From Eledone cirrhosa (taxonomy: Eukaryota), in assembly GCA_964016885.1 (NCBI GenBank), contig OZ024746.1:27404001-27468000 (forward strand): a DNA stretch of 64,000 bases. Reading direction: 5' to 3'. The position numbers and the translations under genes were made by a program. Below are positions 1-14,501 of this stretch, piece after piece. The notes under the pieces were generated by a model. That model saw only the letters and a program-made list of their open reading frames with translations, did not search any database and had not been told where the DNA came from. Within the stretch, counting starts at the first letter, position 1. Every line of letters begins with the position of its first letter.

Positions 1-479
1 TTCATATGAATACACCCAATTATATTTAAAATTTCGATTGATGAATACTTTTAGATAATTCAATGAATTGAGTTTTTTCTTTTTCCTAAAGCTAAGCCCA
101 AATGTTGTTCTAATTAATATCTCCCTATATATTACACTATAAAAAATATTCCTCTTTATCCCCCTCTCTGTAATCAACTCTCTTTTACTTTCTATGCTCT
201 TACTAGCTATATTATCCCCTCATCTGTTTCTTTCTCTATGCCTTTCTTTCCTTTCCTCTTTCTTCAGTAATTAAAATTATTTGAATCTCTAACAGTTATA
301 TTGTTGCTATGTATTTTTAAGCTTTCTCACACCCACCCTCTCTATTATATGTATTATATGTAGTTTTTTTTCATGTTTCAATATTAAGGTATATAAATAT
401 TGAGTTTTGTCATACATTACTCACTACCATGACTGAATCTTAACCAGCTACTATGTCAGGGTATGTCATGCATCATCTT

Positions 480-544
480 ATTTTATCTGATGAGGACGTA
501 CTGTTGAAGTTAACTCAGTACCTCTGAAATATGTATAATAAATT
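480..544 (+). ncRNA. Minimal type-I hammerhead ribozyme motif (family H1) in a Penelope-like terminal repeat
   Basis: TTTAT-CTGATGA(487-493)-stem II GGACGTACTG/CAGTACCTCT-GAAA(526-529)-near-palindromic stem III ATATGTAT-A-ATAAA (stem I partner). Near-identical copy at 42486-42552. Confidence 0.7.
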
Positions 545-572
545 ATACTTGATCACAAGAATATCTATTTTG

Positions 573-624
<52 letters not shown>

Positions 625-626
<2 letters not shown>

Positions 627-968
627 TATACTTGGGGAGGGTCATATTTGTGTAATATTGCCAGAATTAATAACAGAACACACTCACTGTTTGGTTGGTT
701 TTCGCTTCTCGCTGTCTTTTATTTCTGCGATCTAACTTACTCGGTCCTCAATGTTGCCATTGACTGACCGACGGTCAAAAATGATACAGATACAATATAG
801 ACACAAACACATATATATAGTTTACATAATTTACATAAATCTTTCGTTGCACATCTGCAACATCGTCAGTGGTGTTATATTTTTTCCTCCTGTTGTGTTG
901 TATGTCTACGCCATTTTTTATTCAGTCTGTTTCGACACACGATTTCATATAAAAAACCTCGCTAAACT
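625..968. repeat. TA-embedded dispersed repeat family A (also 39893-40163 and 57111-57850)
   Basis: Direct sequence match to the arms of the 57.1-57.8 kb palindrome. ORFs 751..1017, 57244..57507 and 57400..57669 share the same N-terminus only for this reason. Confidence 0.8.
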
Positions 969-1447
969 AATATATATATATATATATATATATTTATTTA
1001 TTATGAGAACAGATTAAACTTTAAGCTTTCACCCTTATAAATATATATAATCCTTATCGAATCCTCTTCGGATTTTAGTCTTCACATTTATTATTATTAC
1101 TATATACATATATATACATATATATACAGACTAACTTTGCTTCGGAGTTAATTGGCGGAATTATTACAGTATTAGAAGAGATATCTTGTTCTATCTGTTT
1201 CGGCACTATTCCTTCTGAGTTCAAATCCCAGCTCTGGTCACGAGGAAGTCGATGATGCGGCTACCAGGAGTTGCAATCGGCAGATAGTGTCTGCAATGGA
1301 AAGACTAAGTAAAATATCGGGTGCTTTTGGTGTTCTACACGACAAAGATCACAATATATATTGTTATGATTTCAAGACAGAAATGAAGAGAAATGAAGTG
1401 AAATACCCCAGAATATTTAACTAACAAGACTACTATTTCTATATAGC

Positions 1448-1900
1448 TGTTTCTACTTTTGGCACAAGGTCAGTAATTTAAAGGGAAGGAAAGGGGAAAG
1501 TCGATTAAATCGACACAGTGTTTGACTGTTACATTACTTTATCGAGACCCCGTAAGGATGAAAGGCAATGTTAATCCCTGCGAGATTTGAACTCAGAACG
1601 TAAAGGGGCGTAACTATATGTCGCAAAAGCTGTTGTTCAACGCTTTACCAACACTACCAATCCACCTCCTGACTACATTTATATAATGGTTTCTGATTTA
1701 GGTATAGGGCCAACAATTTCGGGGAAAGGGAAAGTCGATTAAATCGACCCCTGTCCGTTACTAGTACATTATTTTATCGACCCAGTATGGATGAAACGCA
1801 ATGCTAACCTCTGTTAGATTTGAACTGAGAACGTAAAGGGGTGTAGCCATATGCCGTAAAGCATGTTGTCTGACGCTCTACTGACACTGCCAATCCACCG
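1448..1900 (-). mobile_element. Two tandem copies of the tRNA-derived SINE family S1
   Basis: The minus strand shows a tRNA-like head (GGTGGATTGGYAGTGTYRGTARAG, B-box-like GTTCAAATC) and the core GCCTTTCATCCTTACGGGGTCGATAAA, as in copies at 13.0, 14.9, 25.2, 33.7 and 62.1 kb. Confidence 0.8.
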
Positions 1901-2779
1901 ACCTGATTGTCTATACAATAAAAGCAAATAATTCACAGTTAATATTGAAAATGTTTTATACCAGTTGTGCTAGGCAATTAGATATTTTAACAGCTATTTA
2001 ATAGATGGAAATAATTCACTAGTTCTTTTCTTCTCAATATCACTATGGAAGTTCTCCAATTCTCACACGTCAATATTATTAACTGTTGGAATAAAGAAGC
2101 TCTTCAAATTCCATTATTAATTTTTCTTCTGGTGAACTATAGCAAATTATAATGATTTAGATTTTTGTAAGAAGTGTTAACTTTATTTGTGAACGATTTT
2201 ATATGTATTGTTACCGGCGTGAAGGCAATGTGGTTAAGTTCGTCTCGCAGCCGCATGGTTTCGGGTTCAACTACGGTAAGTGACTTCTTATGTAACATTC
2301 GGATTAACCAATGCCTCGTGAGAAATCTTTTTTCGTTTTTCGACAGACAATATATCATAATCCGCTGTACCATGCAGGGTAGTATAGAAATAGGTAATGT
2401 GACGGATGTAGCCTGCTGATGTACATCAGCCACATACCAGTAATTAGTTCAGGTTGGTTGTTGTTTTAACGGAAGGGGAGATATATGATTTTGAAGAAAG
2501 TGTTCGGTTTTTTCTTTGTCCCGTTAAGGCAATTGACGCCCTTAGTTTCGTATATATTTGTTATACTTTGATCCGTGTGGACTGAGTTTCCCGTTGACAG
2601 CTCTCTGACGTAAAAGTCTCTAGCTGGGATCAGCTGTCATGGTATTCTTGCTGGAGCGCGTTGATAGCATTCGATTCCTATAGATTTGTGCATTTCCAAT
2701 GTAATTCACGGATATATATATATATATATATATATACAATATATTAACAAATGGAAACTATATTTATAAAACCATATTT

Positions 2780-2842
2780 ATTTCATTATACATATCTCAA
2801 GGACACCAAAGCAAATTATGGTGCGCTTTCATCAGATAAAAT
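2780..2842 (-). ncRNA. Hammerhead-like motif (family H2) with core mutation GAAA>GAGA, probably inactive
   Basis: Minus strand reads ATTTTAT-CTGATGA-AAGCGCACCA...TGGTGTCCTT-GAGA-TATGTAT-A-ATGAAAT, giving a 7-bp stem I and a 9/10-bp stem II. Confidence 0.55.
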
Positions 2843-3182
2843 ATAATATAGATCAGTTTTATAAACAAATATTGACATACCCTTAAAGAATGCAACCATG
2901 TCGGTTGGAAGCTCCCGGATAGTGTATTGTATGTTTACTCCAAAAATTTGTTGAGTGCTTTATATCAGTTATAAAAATATTTGCTTGTTGTATCCCAACA
3001 AATTAAATATAACTTCGACACACACATATATATATATATTAAAGAGTTAAACAAGATTCAATGAGTATATCAAAGAATGAGTTTTACAATAGATTGGAAG
3101 CACTCTACGGGAAATAATTTTCCAGAGTTATTAATATTAAAATACAAATATTAATAACATAGATGTTCTTTTGATCAATTAC

Positions 3183-3235
3183 ATTTTATTATATATATTT
3201 CGGATGTACAACAGTACGTCCTCATCAGGCAAAAT
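3183..3235 (-). ncRNA. Minimal hammerhead ribozyme motif (family H1b)
   Basis: Minus strand reads ATTTTGC-CTGATGA-GGACGTAC-TGTT-GTACATCC-GAAA-TATATAT-A-ATAAAAT. Sister copy at 39640-39692. Confidence 0.65.
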
Positions 3236-3945
3236 ATAATGATACATAACATACCCTGAGATGTTAAATGGTTAAGTTTTAATCAAGGTAGTGATTTTAT
3301 TAATATTTGTATTTTAATATATATATATATATATATATGTTGTGTGTGTATGTTAATGAATTGCTCACTATTTGCGCTTCGGCCTCTCCTTCACTATCAC
3401 GTCACTCTATTTTTTCGTTCTTTCAACTCGTTCAAACGTGGCTCTCTTTATTAGCATAACCTTTTCTTCTCTGCACCTCATTTACTCTGTGTTTGTCTTT
3501 GTCTCCATGGGTCTGACTGCCCTTTTTTGGTATACAGTGTTCGATGTAAATGTGTAACATCTATTTATATACAGATTCTGTGCACATCGTGTATTATCAC
3601 GAAATTTCTGCTTCGTTTACATCATTTAAAATCTTCCAGGACATTGTTTACATATCTTCTAAGAAACTGTGACCCCTAATGTACCAGAGATATAGTCGGT
3701 AGTGGTTGAAACTGTTTACATCCATTTCAACAGCCAATGAAGGCCATAGAGTTTCTGTGTGATGCCAATTTTGTTATATATTTGTTGTAATTTGCATACA
3801 TGTTGGTCAAAATGATATTTATGGTGTTTCCACTCTGATCTCAAGAATTCATTTCTCCCATCATCCAGCGTATAGGGAAAACCTCAAATTTCTTATATTG
3901 ACTATATGCAAATACGACTCCAATGTACTACTATAAATATATATA

Positions 3946-4215
3946 TAGGTTTCGTAAAGCATTTGGTAGCATTACCTATGAACGTATGTTTTAAGTTCTA
4001 CTTCCCCCCAAATTCGTTAATGGAATCAGGATCCTGTACGAAAACAATCTCACTACGGTACTGAGAGCAGAAGGAGAAACTGACTTCTTTCAGGTAGTCA
4101 CAGGTGTACTTCAAGACGATCTCTTCACACCGCATTTATTTATTACCATACTTAACTATGCACTATGTACTGCTATTGACGATTTTGATGGCTTTACCCT
4201 TCAAAAGCGTAGAAC
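3946..4215 (+). pseudogene. Degenerate RTE-clade reverse transcriptase fragment
   Basis: Translation gives FRKAF, ILYEN and EGETDFFQVVTGVLQDD, paralleling IDFRKAFNS...GMTEFFEILAGVLQGD at 58138-58407. Confidence 0.65.
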
Positions 4216-4954
4216 AGTAATCGAAAAAGCAAAGCAAGTGAACGATACAGTACAATGAAGATATGTATTCGTTAAATGCGTGATATAGGAGGAAAAAAAT
4301 GTCCTGATATTTCGGATGTTATTCCATTATCAGAAGATAGATTGAGAGACAAAAGGTCAAATAGAAAAAATATACCAGGGTAAGAAGAGGAAGAAATGGA
4401 AAAATAAATTGTTTTTGGAAGTAAAGCTTATGTTTTCACACCGCAGGCACATACACACACACACACACACACGCGCGCGCACACATAGACAGACAGACAC
4501 ATATGTATATAATATATTTAAAGGTAGATATTTAGAGGTAGATTCATAATTTGTTTTAAATTTCAAACGAGAAAGTAAAGAAATAAATTCAGTGTATCTT
4601 GCCAAATAAGTCTTTTTCTAGGTGACTACTTCAATACAATATAAAGATTGACTATTGAATGATAGAATTTATATAAAGATTGACTATAGAATGATAGAAT
4701 TTATCGTCTCCAATAATAATAACACATTTGAAAACCTTTCGTTATGCTTCTGTAAGGACGGAAAGATTCTTTTAAGAGAGAAGTAACTATAACAATACAA
4801 TTAGAAGGAAAACGGACACTTTAGTTGAATACCTAATGTAGGTAATTATAGAGACTGGTAGACACAACACACCTACACACAAATATATCTGTATGTAGGT
4901 GTATATGTTAGTATTTGTGTATCTGTGTATGTATGGGTGCATACGTATTTTACG

Positions 4955-4997
<43 letters not shown>

Positions 4998-5058
4998 GTG
5001 TGTGTGTGATATAAGTTTATAAGTTTTGACAGTCGTCTCTCATTGAAACCTTGTATAT

Positions 5059-5206
<148 letters not shown>

Positions 5207-5270
5207 GTATATATAAATATATATAGTGACGAAACATAAGTCAATTGCATGAACTCATAATCCTTTATTT

Positions 5271-5326
5271 ACTGGTATATACATTTCGATGATAGCCATT
5301 GAATGGCTATGACCTCATCAGACAGT
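5271..5326 (-). ncRNA. Minimal hammerhead ribozyme motif (family H3)
   Basis: Minus strand reads ACTGT-CTGATGA-GGTCATAGCCATTCAATGGCTATCATC-GAAA-TGTATAT-A-CCAGT. Part of a repeat (about 5225-5390) also found at 22885-23052 on the plus strand. Confidence 0.65.
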
Positions 5327-5647
5327 TAGTCAGTTCTTAGATATGCCAGCTCGGTGTTTATAGTGTTGATGGTATCAGAGCCTTGGGATATATATATATA
5401 TATATATATGACTTGGCAAGCTATTTAGAACACTGGTTTAATCGCTTTACTTCCCTCCGAAGAAGAGATATTATCTCGAAAATTAAGGACATTTAAATAA
5501 ATCTAAGGTAAAAGACTGATTGTCAACAATATCTTTTGCATTTGCATTCTTTATTCTATGTCCATACCTGCATTGTTTTGGCTTTATTATACATATACAA
5601 ACGTTTATACCTCATTACAGAATGCTTCAAGTGAACTATAACTTCCT

Positions 5648-5820
<173 letters not shown>

Positions 5821-5831
5821 TATATATATGC

Positions 5832-5906
<75 letters not shown>

Positions 5907-6194
5907 TGTATATGTGTGTGTCTGTGTGTGTGTGTGTCTGTGTGTGTGTGTTGCCGTATTGATAACTCATCATATCTGATGAGAAATCATATGCATACAA
6001 ATTAATATTAATTATATGTATCATTTCAGTCTTAATGATGTCACTGATTATTTTTATTTTTATAATAGATATTGGAGTTGATTAAGCAAACATATGTATG
6101 TATGCATATATATACGACTGCATCTATGTATGGATGTATGTATGAATGTATGTATGTATTCTTGTGTGCACGTACGTATAAAATATTTAGTTGT

Positions 6195-6309
<115 letters not shown>

Positions 6310-6389
6310 TATATATATATAAATGTATATATATATATATATGAATGTATATATATATATATATATATATGATGTTATCTCTTTCTCTT

Positions 6390-8236
6390 AATTTCGAGTA
6401 TATTTTTTGACCGGCCACCTTCCTGGTGGCAAGGCTGTAAAAGAAAAGAAATTGTCATCCCTTAAATCGCAAGAATGTTTTGCAAATTTTGAAGGTGCCA
6501 GCTATCGCAGCCATTTGTAGACTATGAATTAGGGAGCTGCGCTCTTTGTCCGCAAATCCAAGTTCAGTCATACTTTGGTCCAAGCGTGTTGGTATATAAC
6601 CCGTAGCTCCAATAACGATAGGTATGAAGCTAAATGTGTATCTTGGATACTGGATTTGTAAACTCCTCAACAATGGTACGTAGATGTTCTCCTTCTCCTG
6701 TATTTTTCTGATAACGTTTACATCAAGTGGGCAGCTGATCTCCACAACAGAACACGTTTTCAATGTGTGGTCCCAAACAACAATAACAGGCCGGTTGTGC
6801 TTTAATTTGGCGGCAGTTTTTATTTTCAGGTTCCACCAGTATTCCTTAGTGCCATCTGTCTCAATATATTCTTCCTCGTTTGTTGTTAATTTTGTTTTCC
6901 TAAGTGCGTTCCAGATGGTTCTAGCTATCCCATCGTGTCTCATGGGGAGGTAGTAGCGAGATGACATTCTTTCGCAGCTGGCAACAATGTGGCTTACATC
7001 CTCGATCTTTGTTTTACATAGCCTACATTTATTGTCAGCTGCTGTCCCTCCTCTTTTGTGTAGCAGATATTTGGTAGGGATTTCTTGTTCCTGTATTGCA
7101 TAGAGATATCCCTCAGGGTGTGATGTCATAAACTTGTCGGAACTTCATGCCAGGCTTTTTGAGTGGTATACCCCCTCTATAGTCTGTGTTTTACGTCTCA
7201 AGTATCCATGCACAACTTTTTCTGTAAATTGGTCAATTTTTTCGTCTTGTTTGAACATAGAATAGGATCTTCCGATTTCTCTGGGTGAGAGATTTATATA
7301 AGGTTTTATTCCATATCTCTCCTCCAAATCAGTGGCTATCCTAATGATATTTTTTTTTCATGCTCATAAACATGGGCAAGATGGTTGCCAACCTTTTTCC
7401 TCTGTTGAAGATGTTGCTTCAGTGTTACTATCCGGGTCTCATATGATGTTAATATGGATTTTAGACCCAGGCCACCTTCCTTGCGTGAGAAGTATAGCCT
7501 ATCCAGATCACCATCGATGTTAAAGTTCCCAGTAACACTGAGAAGTTTGCGAGTTCTAACACCCATCTCACTTAGTTCTTGCAATGACCAGTTCAGTAGG
7601 CCAAATGTTGGCGTTAGAATTGGCACAACATAAGTATTGTGGGCAATGTATTTGTTGTACGCTGACAGTTCTGATGACCATATTTTTATTTACTTTTCTG
7701 AGGTATTCAGTTCTGGTTCTCTCCTTATTTATGGGTCCTTCATATCTGACATTCTCATCCTGTCCAAGATATCTGTAGTTGTCACCTGACTGTAGAGGTT
7801 GTATTGTCAGGCCGTTCATCTCTAGATTTCTAGAGGAGGGCACAGCTCTTCCACGTTTTACTGCCAAATATGCACACTTGGACTCACCAAATTTCATTTT
7901 GATGTCTGTTGAAAATTGTGTAATGAGATCCAATTCTTTCTTGATGTCATTGATATTTGGCCCATACAACTTCAGGTCATCAACAAAGAAAAGATGGGAG
8001 AAACTTCTGGACCCACTTCTTTGTCCACCGTGTTTCCTGAGTAGGTTAGATAGTGGATTTAGTGAGAGAACGAAGAGTAGCACTGACAAGCTATCACCCT
8101 GAAATATGCCCTTCTGGTAATGTATCTTATTAGTCTTAACCTGCTCCTTCTCACCTCTAAGGAGCAAATTGGTGTACCAGTTCTTGGTCAGACGTTCAAC
8201 AGCAGCTACCAATGGTTGTGGGACTTTGGCTAACTG
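6390..8236 (-). mobile_element. 5'-truncated, frameshifted R4/Dong-like (R2 group, RLE) non-LTR retrotransposon
   Basis: ORF pieces carry RT motifs GIFQGDSLS and LFFVDDLKLY (7568..8212), the CCHC finger CRLCKTKIEDVSHIVASC and a restriction-like endonuclease region HNRPVIVVWD...VEISCP...KENIY (6455..7129). Confidence 0.9.
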
Positions 8237-8293
8237 TAAAGCCTTAACAATCCATCCATGTATGTATGTATGTATGTATTTATGTATGTATGC

Positions 8294-8326
<33 letters not shown>

Positions 8327-8371
8327 TGTATGTATGTATGTATGTATGTATGTATGTATGTATGTATGTAT

Positions 8372-9000
8372 GTTATGTCAGGTCATTATTGAGTTCTACT
8401 GGTAACATGTAACCCAGTACAACCTATCGCATGGTAGCGTCGTCGGCGACTAAACCGGCAACCCCACCAAGATTACTTGGTGAGGAGGGTGAGTTTAGAC
8501 ACCCTGCAGCACAAAAAACAAAACCTGACAAAGGGCGGAAGAACTAATAAGGGTAAACGGCCATCCAAATGTGTGTAAATATGTATATATACACATGTAC
8601 ATATGTATGTATATGTATATGTGTATGTGCGTGGGTGCATGTGTATATGCCCGGGGACATAGAAATAGTCAGACTGGATACCCGATCGCGCGGTTAAACC
8701 ACTGGGAGTGAAGGACCCCTAGCCTTTCTCAGGACATTCTTCTAGGAGAAGACAACTCAGGAAACTGGGATAACTCCGATATAAAACCTGCGGCTTAGTA
8801 GTTACCGATGATGTTGATCTTTTCTTCTTTTCGGATTATAACTGTTGTGGCCCAGAGAGTGGGATTGGCTCAGTGCACATTCTTTGCTCACTTAAAAAAA
8901 TATCTTCACGCACAGGCATTGCACGATAGAATTAATTAATGATTATTAATAATGGTATATCGTTCAATGGCCATACTCGATAACGAGGCGACAGCCATCA
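8372..9000. mobile_element. GC-richer non-coding repeat in (ATGT)n, possibly a non-autonomous element derived from an RTE 5' UTR
   Basis: Flanked on both sides by (TATG)n, with multiple hairpins. The motif CTAGGAGAAGACAACTC...ATAAAACC is reminiscent of RTE 5' UTR-derived elements (from memory, not verified). Confidence 0.4.
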
Positions 9001-9167
9001 TGTATGCATGTATGTATGTATTTATGTATGTTTGGATGTATGTATGTATGTATGTAATGCTGGCGTAGGAGTAGATCATGTAGCTTGTTTAGGGGAAACA
9101 TGGAAAATTCGACGAAAATGAACCCTTCTCATTTCGTACCGAATACCAGCTGGCTATCTCAAATACT

Positions 9168-9640
9168 TTGGTTGTGGTTATGTTCGTCGTTGTGATTGTA
9201 GTTGTGGTGGTGGTTGTGGTTATATTTGAGGTTGTGATTGTAGTTGTGGTTATATTTGTGGTAGTGATGGTAGTTGTGGTGGTTATGGTTATATTTGTTG
9301 TTGCGATTGTGGTGGATGTTGTGGTTATGGTGTTGGTTTTGGCTGTGGTTGTAGTTAGGGTTGTGATTCTGGTTGTAGTTCTGGTTGATGTGGTAGTTGT
9401 GGTGGTAGTTGTGGTGGTAGTTGTGGTGGTAGTTGTGGTTGTAGTTGTGGTCGTGTTTTTAGTTGTGTTTGTGCTTGAGGTTGTGATTGAGGCTGTTGTT
9501 GTGGTTGTAGTTGTGGTTATGTTTGTGGTTGTGATTGTGGTTGTGTTTGTGGTTGTGATTATGGTTGTGCCTGTGGTTGTTGCTGTGGTTGTGACTGTGC
9601 TGGATGTTGTGGCAGAGTTTGTGGATGTAGCTGTTATTTC
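9168..9640. repeat. Degenerate (GTT/GTG)n trinucleotide repeat
   Basis: Low-complexity tract producing poly-V and poly-T pseudo-ORFs. Confidence 0.9.
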
Positions 9641-12611
9641 TAACCAATCGTGTGACTTCATAGAGGATCCTAAACATAAAAGTAATATGATTAGTTAAAT
9701 TTTACACACAGCTTAATATAATGTTTTTGTAATTAAATGTAAAATATATATTAAAAGGAGTAACATTCTTTTATATATTGAGAACACATAACCTCTGTAT
9801 TGATTTTGTGTTTCTAAATGAATTTATATTAAGAATTAGCAAATTAGAGATTTTGTATAAAGAATGGTTGGTTACATTGCACGGCATCACATCTAAGTGT
9901 GTTGGATTTAAATTAAATAGAATGAAAAGAGGAGAGTAATTTAGATAATATAACTGACATAACTGACATCACACAATTTTATTTTGTCTTTCATCTAATC
10001 ACAAACGATTATTCTTGTAGGAAACCTTTAACCTTGTCGAAGGACATCGATTGAGTCATCACTTTCTCCTTTCTTCGCTTGAAAACAAAATTATGTTTAA
10101 CAAGCACGTTCTCTTAAGTCTAACAATGTATCTGTCAAATGTTTTGTGTAAATTCTATGTGGACTTCCTTCCACAAATTTGCACTTTGTTCGTGAAGAGA
10201 TTATTGGTTGGGAACCGACACGAAATCATTAACATTTAGATTGAATGAAGATTATAGATCTATGAATTAAATCTCTTTCAAAATGTTAATTTGCTAACAT
10301 TAGCCGGTCGGATTAATGGGAGACTTTCTATGCCTGTTTAAAATACTTTTTTCAACTACACATCTTGAACATACATGTGAACATATTGAATTAGAATCAC
10401 GTTGACAGACGCTGAGAAATAAACCCAAACTCTAAACTAATATTCTTCATCACATTCGCAGCAATTACATTTTACATTTGTAGGCTGTTCAATTAAATCC
10501 ACGCTGAGCTAGATAGCGCTCAAGGCATCTGATTAATGTTTAACAAATTTGCAATTTCCCAAGTGTATTTATAATTCTCAATAATAATAAAAACTAAATT
10601 TCTCTCCGGTATTATTGACAAGCCCAATTACTTTTTCAAAATAGTTCCCTTAAGGATATTGTATTTCTGCTATTATTTCGTCTAAGGTATTAGAGTTTAT
10701 TATCGAACAAAATATTATTGAATATCAAAATATTGCCTTCATTCGTAAACCTTACACATTACATTAAATATGATATAGGAGTGTTGATATGGTTAACAAA
10801 TGACCAGACCTATTTTCTCTCTTTTCTTTATGTATCATTTTTCTACATATTTTTCGTTTATCTTCCCCTTTCTTCTCTCTCTACAAAACAACTTGTGTTT
10901 TCGTTTGTGATAAAGGAGTGGAGTCCGGAACGTCGAAATGTCAACAGTGTTTTATTACTTCTTATTTTCAGCATACGCATTATTGTATTGTATTGTTCCC
11001 TGGTATTTGTACGTGGTTTCTAAGAAATATAACTAAGTACTACTTTACAATTAACTGTTATTTAGTAGGAATACAGTTCAATCAATTTCTGATGCGTAAA
11101 TTATGATTTACAACAAAAAAATGAGAAAGATAGCAGCCCACCTGAGTAAGGAACCTCATGAGGCGGAGAGGCTATTGCAGCAGGTATTGCTAACTATTGT
11201 CCGTGGCATTGCTTTCATTTTGTCTACGGGGCACAGCCGAACCACCGCCCAGACAAGTGTGTAGTGCATATTACCTCCCTCGACCTCTCCCGTTCTTTCG
11301 TTGCTCAAATCTATTTTTTGTTTCGTTTAGATATTATTTGCTTAAACAGAAAATATTTATTGATGGATGATGTTGAAGGTATTCACTAATGATTTGTTTG
11401 TCGTTCTTGATTGAGTTGATTACTTATAGAAAATGTCTATCTTCATCACATTATCATACCGACCGAAATTGTCTTTATTGGTGATACGCAATCAATTCTT
11501 GTAAAAATAAACAAATAGAGTAAATTCAATTGTCACTTTGTATTGTAATATATTATATCGTTTCTTTGCTATACGAATACGTTATTGTATATTTAAAAAA
11601 CCGTGTCCCGATATTGAGCCATTAATATAACAAAATTGGAAAGGAGTCAATCCTCAGATCGGATCAAGGAAACTACGTTTTTAATGGTAAAACTATTGTT
11701 GATACTAGCTAATATAAGAATACAGATAACAATTTTTCGACGTGTGGGTAAAGTCTATTAAGTCTAAAGCCGGCGGATGGAATGCTTCGTGGTATTGCAT
11801 CTTGCGCTCTCTGCTCTTTGAGTTCAAATTTGGCTGAGGTCAACAGTGCCTTTCATACTTTAGAAGTCGATAAAATAACACCAGTCCAGTACTGGCTCGA
11901 ACCTTCCTCTATATCTCTTTCTCACTTCCTCTCTCTCTCCCTCTCTTTTTAATAAGAAATCGACTGTGGTCAAACCAGGAAAGAGATGGGCTCCGCCAGT
12001 TTTAAACTATGCCCAAGAAACGCCGTATGTCAAGGCGGCACTCCTATGACTCCTCCAAGAATTAAGGGCCCATACAAAGTCGATTAAATCGGCCCCTACA
12101 TATTTAGTTGTGATTTATTTTAACGACCCTGCGAAGATAAAAGACAACGTTAAACTTGACCGGATTTCAACTCAGCCGTAACTAATAGCCGCAAAGTAAT
12201 TTGTCCAACACTCTGAAGACCGTTAACATACTTTCCTCAACGGTCAACAATATATTAAGTGAAGAATCTACAGCAATGTGTACACCACGGAATGTGTATA
12301 GTCAAATAGATCAACACTAGTGTTTCCTCTTGTGTTTTATTTATCGACCCTGGAATGTATAAATGTCAAAGTTGATTCCAGCGCCATTTTAAGTTAATTA
12401 GACCAAACAGCCAAACGAGATATCCAACAATGTAACGAGTCCAAAAAGATCGACAGCCTGGTAATGGGGTTATCTATGAAATATTTATATATGAAGCAGA
12501 TAGGGTGGGGTGGCTACAACAAACATATATTACACACACACATATATATGACATGTATGGTATATATACATATATGATATATATATATCCTACACACACA
12601 CGAACACACAC

Positions 12612-12743
<132 letters not shown>

Positions 12744-13020
12744 TTCCAAGAGACTTGAATAGACCTGTTTTTTCTCAATGAAATTTTCTTCGTGTCTGCC
12801 ACTACCCACTCTCCTCTATTTTTTCTTTAATGTCCCATTCTATATTCTGAAGGTCTAGCGTCCGAAATGTTACGACGCGTTTCCCACTATATCAAGCATA
12901 AAACTAATATATTTCTTCATTGTACTATGTTGTTTGATCTGTTATTTCTGTTTGTCTTTTGCACCCCCCCCCCATATATATAGAATAAAATACCCCAGAA
13001 TAACAGAATCCTTTAATAAT

Positions 13021-13205
13021 TGTTTATACTTTAGGCACAAGGCCAGCAAATTACCCAGTGCATTACTGGTACTTTATTTTATCGACCCCGTAAGGATGAA
13101 AGGCAAAGTCAACCTCGGCGGGATTTGAATTCAGATCGTAAAGTGTCGTAACTATGCTGGAAAGCATGGCGTCCGACCCTCTACCGATACTGCCAATCCA
13201 CCGCC
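13021..13205 (-). mobile_element. SINE S1, full-length copy
   Basis: tRNA head, conserved core and tail CCTTGTGCCTAAAGTATAAACA on the minus strand. TTTAATAAT occurs on both flanks. Confidence 0.85.
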
Positions 13206-13881
13206 ATTTAATAATAGATTAGTATAATGTTTAATGAATCCTTTAATAATAGATTAGTATAATGTTTAATGAAATTAACAAAAAAATAATATTTACGTTT
13301 TGGATACAAGTCCTTCATCGGAAGATAGAAAAAGAGGGATAAGGGTATGATTGGGAAAGAAAAGAAGCAGGAAGACAGAAATGAAAGAAACAAGAGCAAC
13401 AATTTTTGGGGAAGGCAAAGTCGATTAAATCCACCATAGTACGTTATTGATACTTTATTTTATGGATGCCGTAAGGATCAAAGGCATAATAATAATATTT
13501 TCTAAAGATAGGATTTACTCATTCTTAAAGTGTCTCTTATGTTTCTACACTATCAGCATAATTCTACGTTTATGCTTTTATGTATATTTATCTTTATCTT
13601 TTCGTTGGTAATATCTATGGAGTCTGTGTATTGGAAAAATATATAATGTTATATTTTAATTAATAAAAATAAACCTTCCTCCTTCCACTCCTCCCTCCTC
13701 CTTCTTTCTCCTCTTCCTGTTCCTCCTTCTCTCCATACTCTAGTGACAAAGCAAGCAGCAGTAGCATTGGCAGGAATAGTCTGTGTTTAATCTATAAACA
13801 TGTTTCACATCTACATGCGCGCACACAAACATATGCACACACATACACACACATACACTTAAATGTGTGCATGTGTATGAT

Positions 13882-13947
<66 letters not shown>

Positions 13948-14198
13948 TGTATGTATGTATGTATGTATGTATGTATGTATGTATGTATGTATGTATATAT
14001 ATATATTACTATATATATATTGACATATTGACGCGTATGATGTATCTGGCTTGTCTTTGTTTTGTGTATTAACATTCTTATTCATTTTTCAATTTATACA
14101 ATCTATATCATACATAATCTACAGTAAAACATAGCAATCAATATATATATATAATATATATAAACATATATATATATTATGTATATATGTATATATAA

Positions 14199-14253
<55 letters not shown>

Positions 14254-14501
14254 TATATACACATGACAGTAAATTATCACGTAACACATCATCCAACGCA
14301 ATTCTTATTAAACACCGATAACATACTTTATAGTTGATGTTATAGCTTTATGAATTTATATTGACTCCGACACCTCGGCTTACATCCCGCTCTCATGATA
14401 TTCTGTGTGTCTAGATTGAGATAGATAAAGCAAAGATAACATAAATGGGAGCCATGCAATATTTTTTATTACATTTAATACATTATATAATATAACAGTG
14501 A

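Noticed and set aside
3600-3870. Possible decayed transposase coding on the minus strand (also 24810-25020)
   Set aside because: Only vague resemblance with multiple stops; needs BLASTX or HMM evidence.
5962-5995. CTGATGAGAAA as a hammerhead core
   Set aside because: No stem II between CTGATGA and GAAA; it is simply a small CTCATCA/TGATGAG hairpin.
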